DNA of 63,814 bases, the filler included, from Octopus bimaculoides (Eukaryota): NCBI RefSeq assembly GCF_001194135.2. It is 6 parts of 6 records of this genome, joined end to end, with 100 filler letters (N's around TTAATTAATTAA, not from the genome) between each part and the next. Parts side by side here need not be neighbours in the genome. Positions count along the whole stretch, not along the records: positions 1 to 23,094 come from NC_069000.1; 5 more parts are not named here. The stretch is one strand, 5' to 3'. Positions 1 through 13,784 of the stretch are shown here, in pieces. Both the position numbers and the translations under genes were made by a program. Below the pieces are notes generated by a model. That model ran no database searches and had not been told where the DNA came from. It saw only the letters and a program-made list of their open reading frames with translations. Position 1 is the first letter of the stretch. Every line of letters begins with the position of its first letter.

Positions 1-595
1 TGTTGCATTTAATTCACTACTTCAAACTTGTAAGCAATACTGCTTTTATTAAGATTCAGTAAGATCACAACAGACTTCGGTCACAAGAGCGTCTATGTTG
101 TTGTAGTTCATATTTTGTATTTTAACTCATAGGATGATTTAAGCTCGAAGACCCTAACGAACCTTGTGGGGTCAATGACTTAAGCTCGCCTGAATTTCAA
201 ACTAGTCGAGTTCAGATATCTTGTGTTAGAAGCCGGTTCGGTTTTTTGGTCAGTAGTGCTCGAATACCATCCATCACCGAGATGTCACTGGAGAGTTTGG
301 AAAATGTGTTTTACTGTAGGCTGAGAGACTCATTATTTATGAAACCAACAAAGAAATGGAGGCTGGCCATCCAAAGTTGGCAAGTCCGACCTTCCTGGAA
401 AAGTTTAAGATCTGGATTACCAGTAGCATGGTTAAATACAAGCAAACGTATAGAATAAGGAAATATTGTTTACAGAATTTGGACTTATATCCGATAATGA
501 TAGCGTTCGTCTAAGAAAGGTAAAATCTTAAACTCCGAAATTCGAGTTTTACGCTTTTAACAAGCTTAACTACGGAAAGAAATCGCCTTATTATT

Positions 596-815
596 AAGGC
601 GGCGAGCTGGCAGAATCGTTATCACGCCGGACAAAATACTTAGCGGGATTTCGTCTGTCGCTTCACGTTCTGAGTTCAAATTCCGCCGAGGTCGACTTTG
701 CCTTTCATCCTTTCGGGGTTGATAAACTAAGTACCAGTGAAACACTGGGGTCGATATAATCGTCTTATCTTCTCCCCCCAAAATGGCTGCCCTTGCAGCA
801 AAATTTGGAACCATT
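596..815 (+). mobile_element. tRNA-derived SINE, family 1 (head AAGGCGGCGAGCTGGCAGAA, (ATT)n tail)
   Basis: A-box-like head, B-box GTTCAAATTCC, core GACTTTGCCTTTCATCCTTTCGGGGTTGATAAA-TAAGTACCAG; more than 20 related copies in the window. Confidence 0.9.
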
Positions 816-930
816 ATTATTATTATTATATATATACACATACACTTGATATTTTCTATTGGTATCAATCAAAATGATGATAAACTAATGCAAATAGATA
901 TACCAGTGACTAATAAAAATTATCTATGAG

Positions 931-1148
931 TTCCTGTGTTAATGCTTTTGAATACAGAACAACGTCGAGGATATAATCGTACCGCAGTGACGGTAGAGAG
1001 TAAACTAATACAAACAGGGCAGTGAGTAATTGAAATTATCTATAAGGATGTATTCTGCTCCTCATGCCAAGACGACTTCCTGTGTTAAAAGGTTTTAACT
1101 ATGGAACAACATCGAGGACATAATCGTACCGCTGTGACGGGAGACGGG
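931..1148 (+). repeat. Imperfect direct duplication of about 70 bp, period 146
   Basis: TTCCTGTGTTAA...GAACAAC(G/A)TCGAGGA(T/C)ATAATCGTACCGC(A/T)GTGACGG at 931 and 1077. Confidence 0.8.
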
Positions 1149-2791
1149 CGAGGAAGTTGGACATGCATGCACATTAATTGCTTTGTGAAAAGAGGTGCCG
1201 GCGTCTGTATGTCTATGGTACTTCGTGAAATACCCCCAGTACAGATGTCCCACTATTGTAAGGCATCTGCGCTGCGTGTATTCCTCTTAGATCGTCCCGG
1301 CCAATCCAGGTCTGATACCTATTCTGTTTGCTCTTTTTACCGAAACGCTAAGTGACATGCACGTAAACAAAGTAACACTAGTTGTCAAGCAGTGACAGTC
1401 TAACACACACACACGGGCCTCTTTCAGTTTCTGCCTATTAGGTCCTCTGGCAAGGAGTATTGCTTCATCTTTGTTCTTTTTATCTCTGATAACGGGTGTT
1501 GTTCAAATTGGCTGATTGTATACTTCTTTTGATAACGCACTTCAAAACTGATCGAATGAAACTTGTCCAAGTTTTGTTCTAAGGTCAGACTGACATTTTC
1601 CCTAAGTATATAAATTAACTCAGATCACTTGATTTATCTGGGTATGATGATGATGATGATGATGATATTCTTTTATTGGCCACAAGAGCTAATATATACA
1701 AACATAAAAGGAAATGCTATACATTTAAAGACAAAAAACCGGACGATACGATGGGTTTTCACGTTCGTGTACACAGTAAATAACAAAAAAAAAAGTTAAA
1801 CAAAACTCCCAAACAGTGGGAGGCGCTTTAAAGGTTACTCGTCGCAGTCAAATGACAAACAAATAAAAGAATATATATATNNNNNNNNNNNNNNNNNNNN
1901 NNNNNNNNNNNNNNNNNNNNNNNNNNNNNNNNNNNNNNNNNNNNNNNNNNNNNNNNNNNNNNNNNNNNNNNNNNNNNNNNNNNNNNNNNNNNNNNNNNNN
2001 NNNNNNNNNNNNNNNNNNNNNNNNNNNNNNNNNNNNNNNNNNNNNNNNNNNNNNNNNNNNNNNNNNNNNNNNNNNNNNNNNNNNNNNNNNNNNNNNNNNN
2101 NNNNNNNNNNNNNNNNNNNNNNNNNNNNNNNNNNNNNNNNNNNNNNNNNNNNNNNNNNNNNNNNNNNNNNNNNNNNNNNNNNNNNNNNNNNNNNNNNNNN
2201 NNNNNNNNNNNNNNNNNNNNNNNNNNNNNNNNNNNNNNNNNNNNNNNNNNNNNNNNNNNNNNNNNNNNNNNNNNNNNNNNNNNNNNNNNNNNNNNNNNNN
2301 NNNNNNNNNNNNNNNNNNNNNNNNNNNNNNNNNNNNNNNNNNNNNNNNNNNNNNNNNNNNNNNNNNNNNNNNNNNNNNNNNNNNNNNNNNNNNNNNNNNN
2401 NNNNNNNNNNNNNNNNNNNNNNNNNNNNNNNNNNNNNNNNNNNNNNNNNNNNNNNNNNNNNNNNNNNNNNNNNNNNNNNNNNNNNNNNNNNNNNNNNNNN
2501 NNNNNNNNNNNNNNNNNNNNNNNNNNNNNNNNNNNNNNNNNNNNNNNNNNNNNNNNNNNNNNNNNNNNNNNNNNNNNNNNNNNNNNNNNNNNNNNNNNNN
2601 NNNNNNNNNNNNNNNNNNNNNNNNNNNNNNNNNATATAAATAAAATGTACAATGGTACTTTTAACACACCCAAATGATTTAAAATAGAAATAGAATAAAA
2701 ATGTTGTTCATATTATGTGTGTGTGTGTGTGTTTTGTTTTGACTTGTAGTTTTGTCTAGATGTGCTCCCAAAAGTTTGCAAAAGACCATTG

Positions 2792-2837
<46 letters not shown>

Positions 2838-2896
2838 ATCTCTTTTCTCGGCGTTTATTGGGTGTCTGAAATTCTTTTTTCATCGTTGCATCAATT

Positions 2897-3143
2897 GTAG
2901 CTGTGTAGTAAGAAACTTGCTTCCTAACCATAAGGTTCTAAGTTCAATCCCACTGCGTGGCACCGTGGACAAGTGTCTACTATGGCCACGGGCCAACCAA
3001 AGCCTTGCGAGTAGATTTGGTAGACGGAAACTGAAAGAAACCCGTCGTGTATATACATTTATGTGTGTGTGTTTGTGTGTGATTGTGTTTTCCAAACCAC
3101 CGCTTGACAGCCGACGTTGGTGTATTTACGTTCCCGTAACTTA
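2897..3143 (+). mobile_element. tRNA-derived SINE, family 2, 3' truncated
   Basis: Matches the full copy at 10521-10887 (GTTCA-TCCCACTG-GTGGCACC, GGAAACTGAAAGAA-CCCG). Confidence 0.85.
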
Positions 3144-3200
3144 CCCCCTGCCCTGAAATTGCTGGCCTTGTGCCACAATTTGAAAACTATTGTTGTTATC

Positions 3201-3410
3201 AAGGTGGTGAGCTGGCAGAATCGTTAGCACGCCGGACAAAATGCTTAGCGGTATTTCGTCTGCCGCTACGTTCTGAGTTCAAATGCCGCCGAGGTCAACT
3301 TTGCCTTTCGATGAAATAAGTACCACTTGAACATTAGAATCGATGTAATCGACTAGCTCCCTCCTCCAAAATTTCAGGCCTTGTGCCTATAATAGAAAGG
3401 ATTATTATTA
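3201..3410 (+). mobile_element. SINE family 1
   Basis: Same head, B-box, partly deleted core and GAAAGGATTATTATT tail. Confidence 0.9.
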
Positions 3411-3801
3411 TGGTTTCAAATTACCTTCTTCTTTCCTCTCTCCCACTAGTCTAACTTCTCTCTTGATTAGAAAAGTTCTGACACATACAGGTTTGCCTTA
3501 ATTCCTCAATGTAGATTGCAGACCTCGCCACCAGTGGTTAAAAACATTAGTTTCGGGTCTCTTGCACTTATAATCTGATAGGACAAGTGTTCATTTTTTT
3601 GTTTTGTTTTTTTGTCGTTTTCTTGGGGTTTATTTTTCTTTTCTTTTTGTGTTTATTCCAGTTCGAATTGACGTTTTTGTATTGGTTTATATGGGTGATC
3701 GAAGACTGAATATAATAGACACAAAATGTAGAACAGAACAATGTTACATTCTCGTGACGTTTATGCATATACATATATGTTCACATTATCCTATACATTT
3801 A

Positions 3802-3953
3802 AAGGCGGCAAGGTGGCCGAATCGTTAGCACTCCGGGCGAAATGCTTTGAGGTATTTCGCCCGTTTTTACGTTCTGAGTTCAAATTCGACTTCGCCTTTC
3901 ATCCGTTTGGGGTCGATAAATTAAGTACCAGTTGCTTACTGGGATCGATGTAA
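3802..3953 (+). mobile_element. SINE family 1, 3' truncated
   Basis: Head AAGGCGGCAAGGTGGCCGAA plus core. Confidence 0.85.
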
Positions 3954-4226
3954 TCTTTTAAGAATAAAACGATACATTCCTTTATTCTTTTACTTGTTTC
4001 AGTCATTTGACATAGGTCGTGTCATGGACATTTCAAACATGGCGGAGCCCAGTTCTCTCCCGGTTTGAAGGCAGCCGATTTTTTCAAGAGAAAAGAAACT
4101 CTTGTGTTTGAGTACTTTTCCCCTCTTGCTTGTAAATTCAAATACATACACACAGACGTGTCATTTTTATGCACATTTGTACAAATTACGTTACCACGTT
4201 GTAGTATACACATACGTGTGAGTGTA

Positions 4227-4233
<7 letters not shown>

Positions 4234-4305
<72 letters not shown>
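4234..4305. repeat. (TA)n microsatellite (one of many in the window)
   Basis: Directly visible perfect dinucleotide run. Confidence 0.98.
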
Positions 4306-4309
<4 letters not shown>

Positions 4310-5878
4310 GTGGAGAATGGAGCAACAAATACAAGAAGCAATTCTGTTGGGCTAGTTAGCCGTTGTTTTATTGTGTGGAGGTTATGTAATGAGTCATTGT
4401 GGAGGTTGAGGTTATGTAGTGAGTCATTGTGAATGTTATGTAATAGTCATTTACGTACGTTTCAATCTAGCCAATGGTTTGGCAGATCTCATCAGAATGT
4501 TGAGGAGTATGTTAAGAGTTCGTTGTGCGAGGGATGTAGGAGAAGTGATTGATGGGTATATTAATGTATATGGTGGTGTAATAATATCGATAGGTAAAGA
4601 AAACCTTACGTTTTAGTTGAAGTTGTGTTGGTCTTCCTGTAAGGGGATGTAGGATGGGTGCATATATATATATATATATATGCACATGGACGGAGGAGTT
4701 GAAATACTCATTAAATAGAACTGAAAAGTAAATAAATAAGAATATTTAATTAAATAGAAAGTAAAATATATAATGAATAAATCGTTAGTGGTTTTAATAG
4801 AGGAGACGTCTGGAAGAAATAAGATCTCTGAGTCTTTGTTTTATTCTTACAGACATTATATCTACTCTGTTCTCTTTCTCTCTTTCTCTCTCTCTCTCTC
4901 CCCTCGTTGCTCACTGCATCTGTTATACTCTTCCTCCTTTCTCCTTTCCCCCACTATCTGTGCTCTCTCTCTCTTCTTTCCTCACTATTTGCGCTCTCCC
5001 CCCTCTCCTTTACACGTTGTATCTGTACTTAACTCATTCTCCCATCTTTCCTTTTCATCCTATCTATTATGCTCTCCCCCTCTCTCATTTCCGCACTGTT
5101 ATGCTCCTCCCCCTCTCTTCTTTCCACACTATTATGCTCCCCCCCTCTCCTTTACACATTGTATCTGTATTTTCTCATTCATCCTTCTCTCTCCTCTCTC
5201 TCTCTCTTCATACTGTATCTCGTGTGCTCTCTCTGTCTCTCTCTCTCTCTCATTTTAAAACTATCTAATGATCTATCTCTCTTTCACTTTCATTCNNNNN
5301 NNNNNNNNNNNNNNNNNNNNNNNNNNNNNNNNNNNNNNNNNNNNNNNNNNNNNNNNNNNNNNNNNNNNNNNNNNNNNNNNNNNNNNNNNNNNNNNNNNNN
5401 NNNNNNNNNNNNNNNNNNNNNNNNNNNNNNNNNNNNNNNNNNNNNNNNNNNNNNNNNNNNNNNNNNNNNNNNNNNNNNNNNNNNNNNNNNNNNNNNNNNN
5501 NNNNNNNNNNNNNNNNNNNNNNNNNNNNNNNNNNNNNNNNNNNNNNNNNNNNNNNNNNNNNNNNNNNNNNNNNNNNNNNNNNNNNNNNNNNNNNNNNNNN
5601 NNNNNNNNNNNNNNNNNNNNNNNNNNNNNNNNNNNNNNNNNNNNNNNNNNNNNNNNNNNNNNNNNNNNNNNNNNNNNNNNNNNNNNNNNNNNNNNNNNNN
5701 NNNNNNNNNNNNNNNNNNNNNNNNNNNNNNNNNNNNNNNNNNNNNNNNNNNNNNNNNNNNNNNNNNNNNNNNNNNNNNNNNNNNNNNNNNNNNNNNNNNN
5801 NNNNNNNNNNNNNNNNNNNNNNNNNNNNNNNNNNNNNNNNNNNNNNNNNNNNNNNNNNNNNNNNNNNNNNNNNNNNNN

Positions 5879-5914
<36 letters not shown>

Positions 5915-6189
5915 ATACAATGTCTATATATTATACCAATGTTTGTGTATGTATGCTGTTTATTATGTCTTTATATATTAAACTCTTGTGTGTTTGTGTG
6001 TATGCTCTTTGTATATATGTATGTCGGAAAGTGTTTTTACTTATAATGTATGTGTGTGTGTGTGTGTGTGTGTGTTTAAAACTGTTTTTGAGATATATTG
6101 ACGTTATGCTCTTTTGTGTAATGTATGTATATGTATGTGTTTATTTGTGTGTGTTTGGGAGTGTCTTTAAATGTTATATTGATAGCTTT

Positions 6190-6228
<39 letters not shown>

Positions 6229-7235
6229 GGAAATAACTATATTTATTACATTTATGGAAGGAAAAAAGACTTAAATGAAATGACAGCAATATCACACACA
6301 CCACACACACACACACACACACACTTCATCTACAAATCGCTTTCTACTAATCTGTAACCCCACCACCACAATTTCACATTTCTCAGTCTACCTGGAGACA
6401 AGAGGAAAGAAAAAGTGGAATACGTGTGTTTGAGGAACACACACAGAGAGAGAAAGAGAAAGATGGGGGGTGGAAGATAGGCAGATTCATACAGCTCCGT
6501 AAAATATCGTTTATGATTTTAAATGAATGAGATCACGGTTTAATCTAACTTCATTCTATTATAACAGGAGGAGGAAAGAAGAATGTTTGGGGGAGGGTGA
6601 GACACACTGGATGATGCTTCTATTTGTATGTATCTGTGTGTGTGTGTGTGTTATGAACATATGTGTGCGTGTATCTAGACGCGTCTGTATGTATATGTAT
6701 ATAGGCGCGTGTGTATGTTTTGAAAATGTGCCATTGTACGAAATTGTGTGTTTGTATTTTGCATTTCATGTGTGGGGGGTAAACGTGTGTGTGTGTGTGT
6801 GTGTATTTAATGGCAGAAAAGGGACCTCTATTATTCAGTTCTTCATTTTCCTGCTTTCTTTCCTTTTAAATTTACGATATTACTTTGACATTTTTTATGG
6901 TGCCTTATTCCGGTTTTGCTTTTCTTTATTTTATTTTGATTTAAATACACATTTTTATATATTTTTCAATATAAATTCTCATCGTTATGGTTGTTTTTAT
7001 AGTTTTTTTTCCTTAGTTCCTTTTCATTTTTCTTTTCCATTTTTTTTTCTCTATCTCTTACAAACCGAACTTTATTTATTTATCCATTTATGGATTCATT
7101 CTTAAGTATCCATTCATTATTAAAATTGAAATATTATTACATGCTTATTTGTAACATTTCTTTTTTATATAAAAGAAAGAAAGACAGAAAAAAGTTGCTT
7201 GTCACTTCTTTTTTATCGAATTTCCAGAAATCATT

Positions 7236-7249
7236 GTGCGCATGCGCAC
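7236..7249. promoter_or_regulatory. Perfect 14-bp palindrome containing the NRF1 consensus TGCGCATGCGCA
   Basis: GTGCGCATGCGCAC in non-repetitive sequence; function unproven. Confidence 0.2.
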
Positions 7250-7977
7250 GTACACTCAGTCAACAGCATATCTTTAAACAAACCCATTCCACCTCTTCCT
7301 CTTCTTCTCTCCTCCCACTTCTCCCTATCCAAATGGCCAGCCATCCAACCAGCCAGCAACCTCTGCAACAGCTGATCAACTATTGCTAAACTTATTTTAT
7401 CAACTCCAAAAGGATGAAAGGCAAAGTTGACCTCGACGTAATCTGAATGTAAAGAGCCAGAAGGAAAGCCACTAAGCATTTTGTTTGACACACCAATGAT
7501 CCTGACAGCTGAGTACCTTAATGATAATAAATGCCCGGATGCAGTACCAGTCAATGGCTTTCATGGCTTCTAGTCTTAACTGATTGCAAGTGTTATGTAT
7601 ATGTTTTGCCTTGGTATAAAAAGATGGGCCACAGCAAATATTCTGCTCAACACCACAGATTTGCTTGTCAATTGTTTGACCTTAACCAGTTGAGCATGTC
7701 CCTTGGTGGCTGACGATATGTGCATCTCTGATCATGAGCAGAAGTAGTCGGGGAGCATCATAGCCATGTGTTGAGAGGAATTCTTTGGGGTTTGGATAAT
7801 TCAACTCTGGAAACATGGGTGTTTCATTCACATCATTAACCCTTATTCAAAGACCATTTGAGTGGGATAGGTCAATAAAGTAAGCACCAGTTGAGCACTG
7901 GGGTCGATGTAATTAACTTACTCCTTCTCTTAAAATTGCAGGCTTTGTGCCAGAATTTGAAACCATTGTTCTTATTA

Positions 7978-8200
7978 CTGGCGAGCTGGCAGAAACGTTA
8001 GCACGCCGGACGAAATGCTTAGCGGTATTTCACCTGTCTTTACTCTTTGAGTTCAAATTCTGCCAAGGTCGACTTTGCCTTTGATCCTTTCAGGGTCGAT
8101 AAAATAAGTACCAGTTAAGCACTGGGGTCGATGTAATCAACTAGTCCCCTCACCCAAAATTTCAGAATTTGTGCCTATAATAGAAAGGATTATTATTATT
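7978..8200 (+). mobile_element. SINE family 1 (preceded by the 3' half of another copy, about 7870-7965)
   Basis: Full head-core-tail match to the copy at 596. Confidence 0.9.
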
Positions 8201-9366
8201 GAAAGAGAGCAGAGCAAGCCATCAAATGGACATTGGGGTGAAATATACAAAGCCCAGTATACCCATCATGACTACCTGTCAGATAAGGGTACACTAGGCA
8301 CATGCATCACAACCATAAGTGTGCGACATGGTGATCTCATATCAAGATAAATAGTGCATGACCATGCAGGTGGAGTCCAGTTAGAATTTTTTCAAGTTGA
8401 GTAGCCCCAGCATGGCTGCAGTCCAATGACTGAAAACAAATAATAAAAAAAAAAAAATGAGCAAACTTCTTAACCACAAAACCATGTCTACAAACTTGGA
8501 GCTACAAGACAACAACTGCAGCAGCAGCAAGAATAAATATTTGATGATTGGAACCAGAAATATCCTCCTTCAAATTGAAGGAACTTGGATGGGTTTTTTT
8601 TTTAGTTTTTAATGCAGTTTATTCTTGCTAAATGTGCTTGTCAGTGTGCATTATGCAAGGGAAGAAAAATCTAATTGCTGTACACTTGAATGAAACTTAG
8701 TTTTTTTTTTGTTTTTTTGTTATCATTAAAAAAATATTTTTTTAGCTTCTGCTCAAATATCACCATTAAAAATATACAAACGCATGCACACACGTTTTTG
8801 TGTGTATATGTATGTGTGTGTGTGTGGGGGGGATGCGTCTATGTATATTTATGCCTTTTGTGTCTGTTTGTGTGTATATGCATACACATGTGTATGTGCA
8901 TCATATTCACGTGCACATGTACGAACTCATGCGTTTGAATGGATATTGCATTTAGTAGGGAGAGAGAGGTTACTTAGAAGGCTTTCCGCTATATCCAGCT
9001 CATCTTTTATTTCCTGCTGCGTCTGTTCCGAAGTGCAAGAAGTGAAGAGGGTAGTATGTGGGTATGGGGCGGGAGTGTGGGATGGCGTTGGAGCGAGGCG
9101 GGTAGGTGTCTGTCGACTTCAACTTGACTCCTTCACATCGCTTGTCAATTATTTTGACCGTTGGTTTCGTCGCACTGACATTCGTGCATATGTGCACGTG
9201 TTTACATGTGCACTCACAATGCACATCCTTGAGTATATATGCATGTGTGTGTATGTCTATATATATATATAATTAGTGTTGAGCACTCATTCTTTTCATT
9301 TAACATTTACATATATATATTTATAGCATATACGCATACACACATCTATGTATATATATGTGTATG

Positions 9367-9431
<65 letters not shown>

Positions 9432-9484
9432 ACATACCCATAGGCATATATATGCATATATGAAAAAAGTTAGAAAAATCACTG

Positions 9485-9521
<37 letters not shown>

Positions 9522-9790
9522 GAAATAAGCACACATGGCTGCATGGGTTCACACATGAATGCATGCAAACACACACCAACCACATGCAATACATACACAA
9601 AGCACGTGGGTGCATATGAGCGTGCATGGGCAAATATGCAGACACAGCACATGCACAAATATGAAGTAGCTGAGATAAGTTAGAAGAGCTACGATTTAGG
9701 ACATTGGAAAAGATAAATGTAAGGGAGTACTAGAGATTACTCAGTTACTCCTTATCTGGTTGACTTCAGATATATGAAAGTCTCTCTTAA

Positions 9791-10011
9791 CCTTTAAGCT
9801 TTCAGATTACTCTCTTGAATGTAATGCGTGTTTATTAAACATTGTTCTGAACTAATCATGCTTTATCTTGTAGCTTCAAGATTTCAAAGCTATGATTGTT
9901 TATCTCTACACTGACATTGTAGAGTAGTTATAAGAGGTCGGAAGTGGCTAGTTTAAACATAAACCTGGCAGGATATTTGGATGGGATATGACAAGTTTAA
10001 ATGTTAAAGGG
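9791..10011 (-). mobile_element. piggyBac-like MITE with TTAA target duplication
   Basis: TTAA at 9787-9790 and 10012-10015; termini resemble CCCTTTAGCATT; reverse copy of 12879-13100. Confidence 0.7.
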
Positions 10012-10402
10012 TTAAACAAATTTTGGACTATAGCACACTAGATTCTGAGTTAATATTTGTTCCACATATATATACATATCTGAAGAATCTATTAGAGTAG
10101 ATGAAAGCACTAATATATGATTTTCGGAACTTTATGTTCTCTATAACACACACACACACACACACACACTCTTTCTCTCTCTTTCTCTTTCTCTCTCTTT
10201 CTCTATCTCTCTCTTTTTCTCTCTCTCTCTCTCTCTCTCGTTCAAATATTGTTGATTCACTGTGACACTTCTATGCGTTGGTTCTCACAACTGCTCAAAT
10301 ACATACAAGAAAGAATCTCAGTGGTTATTAGATTCAGCTGAATAAGTAAATTCTACTGTAAAGTTTATTTTCTTCTAATGTATTACATATATACATGTGT
10401 TT

Positions 10403-10446
<44 letters not shown>

Positions 10447-10520
10447 TTTAAATAAATATCATTTGCCGTTCATCCATCTGGCTTGATAAAATAAGTACCA
10501 ATCTACAATAACATCTACAG

Positions 10521-10887
10521 TGACTGTGTGGTAAGTAGCTTGCTTACCAACCACATGGTTCCGGGTTCAGTCCCACTGTGTGGCACCTTGGCCAAGTGTC
10601 TTCTACTATATAGCCTTGGGCTGACCAAAGTCTTGTGAGGGGATTTGGTAGATGGAAACTGAAAGAAGCCCGTGTATGTATGTCTGTGTTTGCCCCCTTC
10701 CCCGCCACTACCACCATTACTTGACAGCCGATGTTGGTGTGTTTACATCCCCATAAGTTTGGCAAAAAAGACCTATAGAATAAGTACTAGGTGCATAAAG
10801 AATAAGTTCTGGGGTCAATTTCTTCGACTAAAGGCAGTGCTCCAGCATGGCCACAGTCAAATGACAAACAAATAAAAGAATAAAAAT
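10521..10887 (+). mobile_element. SINE family 2, near full length
   Basis: tRNA-like head GTGGTAAGTAGCTTGCTTACCAACCACATGGTTCCGGGTTCAGTCCC, internal body, tail CAGCATGGCCACAGTCAAATGAC...AATAAAAG. Confidence 0.9.
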
Positions 10888-12878
10888 CTACAAATTCTAC
10901 AGTAGGAGCCACTTGCCAAGATGACATGCGACAGAAGTCCTGCTTGTCTTTAACTCTCTTTTCTAGCCTAACAAATGGCTCACTTGACATTTGGTATCCT
11001 ATTGATAGGGTGGATGCTCCATGTTGAATATGTGTTTTCTATTACAATAAGTTCTCAAAACTGTTAGCATGATGCCTGTCGCATCCAAAAACCATCTGCT
11101 TTTTCGGTTACCATCTTTCTCAATGATTAAAATTCTTTTTTTTTTTTTTACATTTTTCTCTTTCTTTCTTTCTTTCTTCCAAAATCAACCAAAGTCAAAA
11201 GATGTTTACTTAGGACGTTATGTCACAAGTTGCTTTTTTTTTGTTGTTATCCACTAGTATATTGAATTGTATTTTTATTTTATTTCATTTTAAGCAAGCG
11301 AGTGTACGTCATTGCGCATCTATTCTGTGATGCGGGGCAGCAGCAACTGCAAAATAAAATAAAAAATGCATATATATCAACAAAAAAATACTAAATAAAA
11401 GGGAGCTTCCCTATTACTGCTCCTTTTTTTTCTTCTTTGACAACCCCCACTTTTTTTTTTTTTTGCTTTCAGGCCTTGATATATTTTATTTATTTTTGTT
11501 TGTTTGTTTCTATTATGTGCTAACAACCCTGTAATTCTTTTCTTTCCTTNNNNNNNNNNNNNNNNNNNNNNNNNNNNNNNNNNNNNNNNNNNNNNNNNNN
11601 NNNNNNNNNNNNNNNNNNNNNNNNNNNNNNNNNNNNNNNNNNNNNNNNNNNNNNNNNNNNNNNNNNNNNNNNNNNNNNNNNNNNNNNNNNNNNNNNNNNN
11701 NNNNNNNNNNNNNNNNNNNNNNNNNNNNNNNNNNNNNNNNNNNNNNNNNNNNNNNNNNNNNNNNNNNNNNNNNNNNNNNNNNNNNNNNNNNNNNNNNNNN
11801 NNNNNNNNNNNNNNNNNNNNNNNNNNNNNNNNNNNNNNNNNNNNNNNNNNNNNNNNNNNNNNNNNNNNNNNNNNNNNNNNNNNNNNNNNNNNNNNNNNNN
11901 NNNNNNNNNNNNNNNNNNNNNNNNNNNNNNNNNNNNNNNNNNNNNNNNNNNNNNNNNNNNNNNNNNNNNNNNNNNNNNNNNNNNNNNNNNNNNNNNNNNN
12001 NNNNNNNNNNNNNNNNNNNNNNNNNNNNNNNNNNNNNNNNNNNNNNNNNNNNNNNNNNNNNNNNNNNNNNNNNNNNNNNNNNNNNNNNNNNNNNNNNNNN
12101 NNNNNNNNNNNNNNNNNNNNNNNNNNNNNNNNNNNNNNNNNNNNNNNNNNNNNNNNNNNNNNNNNNNNNNNNNNNNNNNNNNNNNNNNNNNNNNNNNNNN
12201 NNNNNNNNNNNNNNNNNNNNNNNNNNNNNNNNNNNNNNNNNNNNNNNNNNNNNNNNNNNNNNNNNNNNNNNNNNNNNNNNNNNNNNNNNNNNNNNNNNNN
12301 NNNNNNNNNNNNNNNNNNNNNNNNNNNNNNNNNNNNNNNNNNNNNNNNNNNNNNNNNNNNNNNNNNNNNNNNNNNNNNNNNNNNNNNNNNNNNNNNNNNN
12401 NNNNNNNNNNNNNNNNNNNNNNNNNNNNNNNNNNNNNNNNNNNNNNNNNNNNNNNNNNNNNNNNNNNNNNNNNNNNNNNNNCTCTCTATATATATATATA
12501 TATATATATATGGTGCGTTTCTTTCAGTTTCCAGCTGACTTGAAACTATAGTAGAACACATTTGCCCAAGGTGCCATGCAGTGGGACTGAATCCAGAACC
12601 ATGTGATTGGGAAACAACTGAGTGTCTCTATATGGTCTCTCAACCTGCTAAAAACAGTCAAATCACTCAAATCTTGCCCTATCATTTATTAAAAAAAAAA
12701 AAAACCCACTTTAGATCATGTAGTCCTAGGACAACCCTATCCATTTGTTGGAAGACACTTGCGCAAGGTATTATACAGCAAGATCCAATCTGAAGTCAAA
12801 AGGAATCTGATAAAGAGTGTCTTTACCGTTTAGCGATGGCTCTGAACTCCCGTGAAAATCTGTAGCAATAGACTTTAA

Positions 12879-13100
12879 CCCTTTAGCATTTAAACCGGTC
12901 ATATCCAACCCAAATATGCTACCTTCATGAAGTTATAACCAGTCAGATCCAGCCTTTCACACTTACTCTTCAATGCCATTATTATAAGATATACAGTCAC
13001 ATCGTCAAAGTTTTGAAGCTACAAATTAAAGCATGATTAATTGAAAACAATATGAATGGAAAAGTATTACATTTGGCAGAATAATCTGAATGCTAAAGGT
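12879..13100 (+). mobile_element. piggyBac-like MITE with TTAA target duplication
   Basis: TTAA-CCCTTTAGCATT ... AATGCTAAAGGT-TTAA; 222 bp with no coding capacity. Confidence 0.75.
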
Positions 13101-13460
13101 TTAAAAAATGTAGTTCTAGAGACACTGTTCTTGAAAGTCAAAAAAAAAAAAAAAAGGAAGAAAGAAGAAAAGATAGGATGGTCATAGTTTGAATAGATCT
13201 TTTGGTGTGAAAACTAGAAGTGTTGCTAATTGGTTTCCAATGAGTCAATCAGTGGTTTGCTGTATTTCCAGTAATGAGTGATATGGGAGTGTCTGAGAAT
13301 CAGGGTGAAGTAAATACTAGAAGGTATTTTTTTTGTTGTTGTTTGAAAGTTTTGTGTATTTTCATGTGTGGTGCGCATCTAATTGTGTGTTATACAATAA
13401 TGTTGTGTGAATGTATGTCATTTTAACATTTAAATTTTCAACGGTTACATAGTGTGTGTC

Positions 13461-13541
<81 letters not shown>

Positions 13542-13712
13542 GTACACACACACGTACAAATAGAATAGGTATGAGAAGTGAAGCGAGAGAGAAGATGTTT
13601 ATTCCATTCATTTATAGCTATTTCATAATCTTGTAAGCTATATAATAGATATTACTACAGCATTAACAAACATATAAAGTGTACTATATATATATTTATG
13701 TGTGTATGTTAT

Positions 13713-13784
<72 letters not shown>

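Noticed and set aside
340-400. Kinase-like KVGLANFGW on the minus strand
   Set aside because: Single short motif, stop soon after, no other kinase subdomains.
596-680. tRNA genes suggested by A/B boxes in SINE heads (also 10521, 19100-19169)
   Set aside because: No complete cloverleaf; each continues into a SINE body present in many decayed copies.
7590-8408. Possible local inversion splitting one repeat into opposite orientations
   Set aside because: Contiguity of the two parts rests on my recollection of a consensus not present in the window, and the breakpoints do not restore cleanly.
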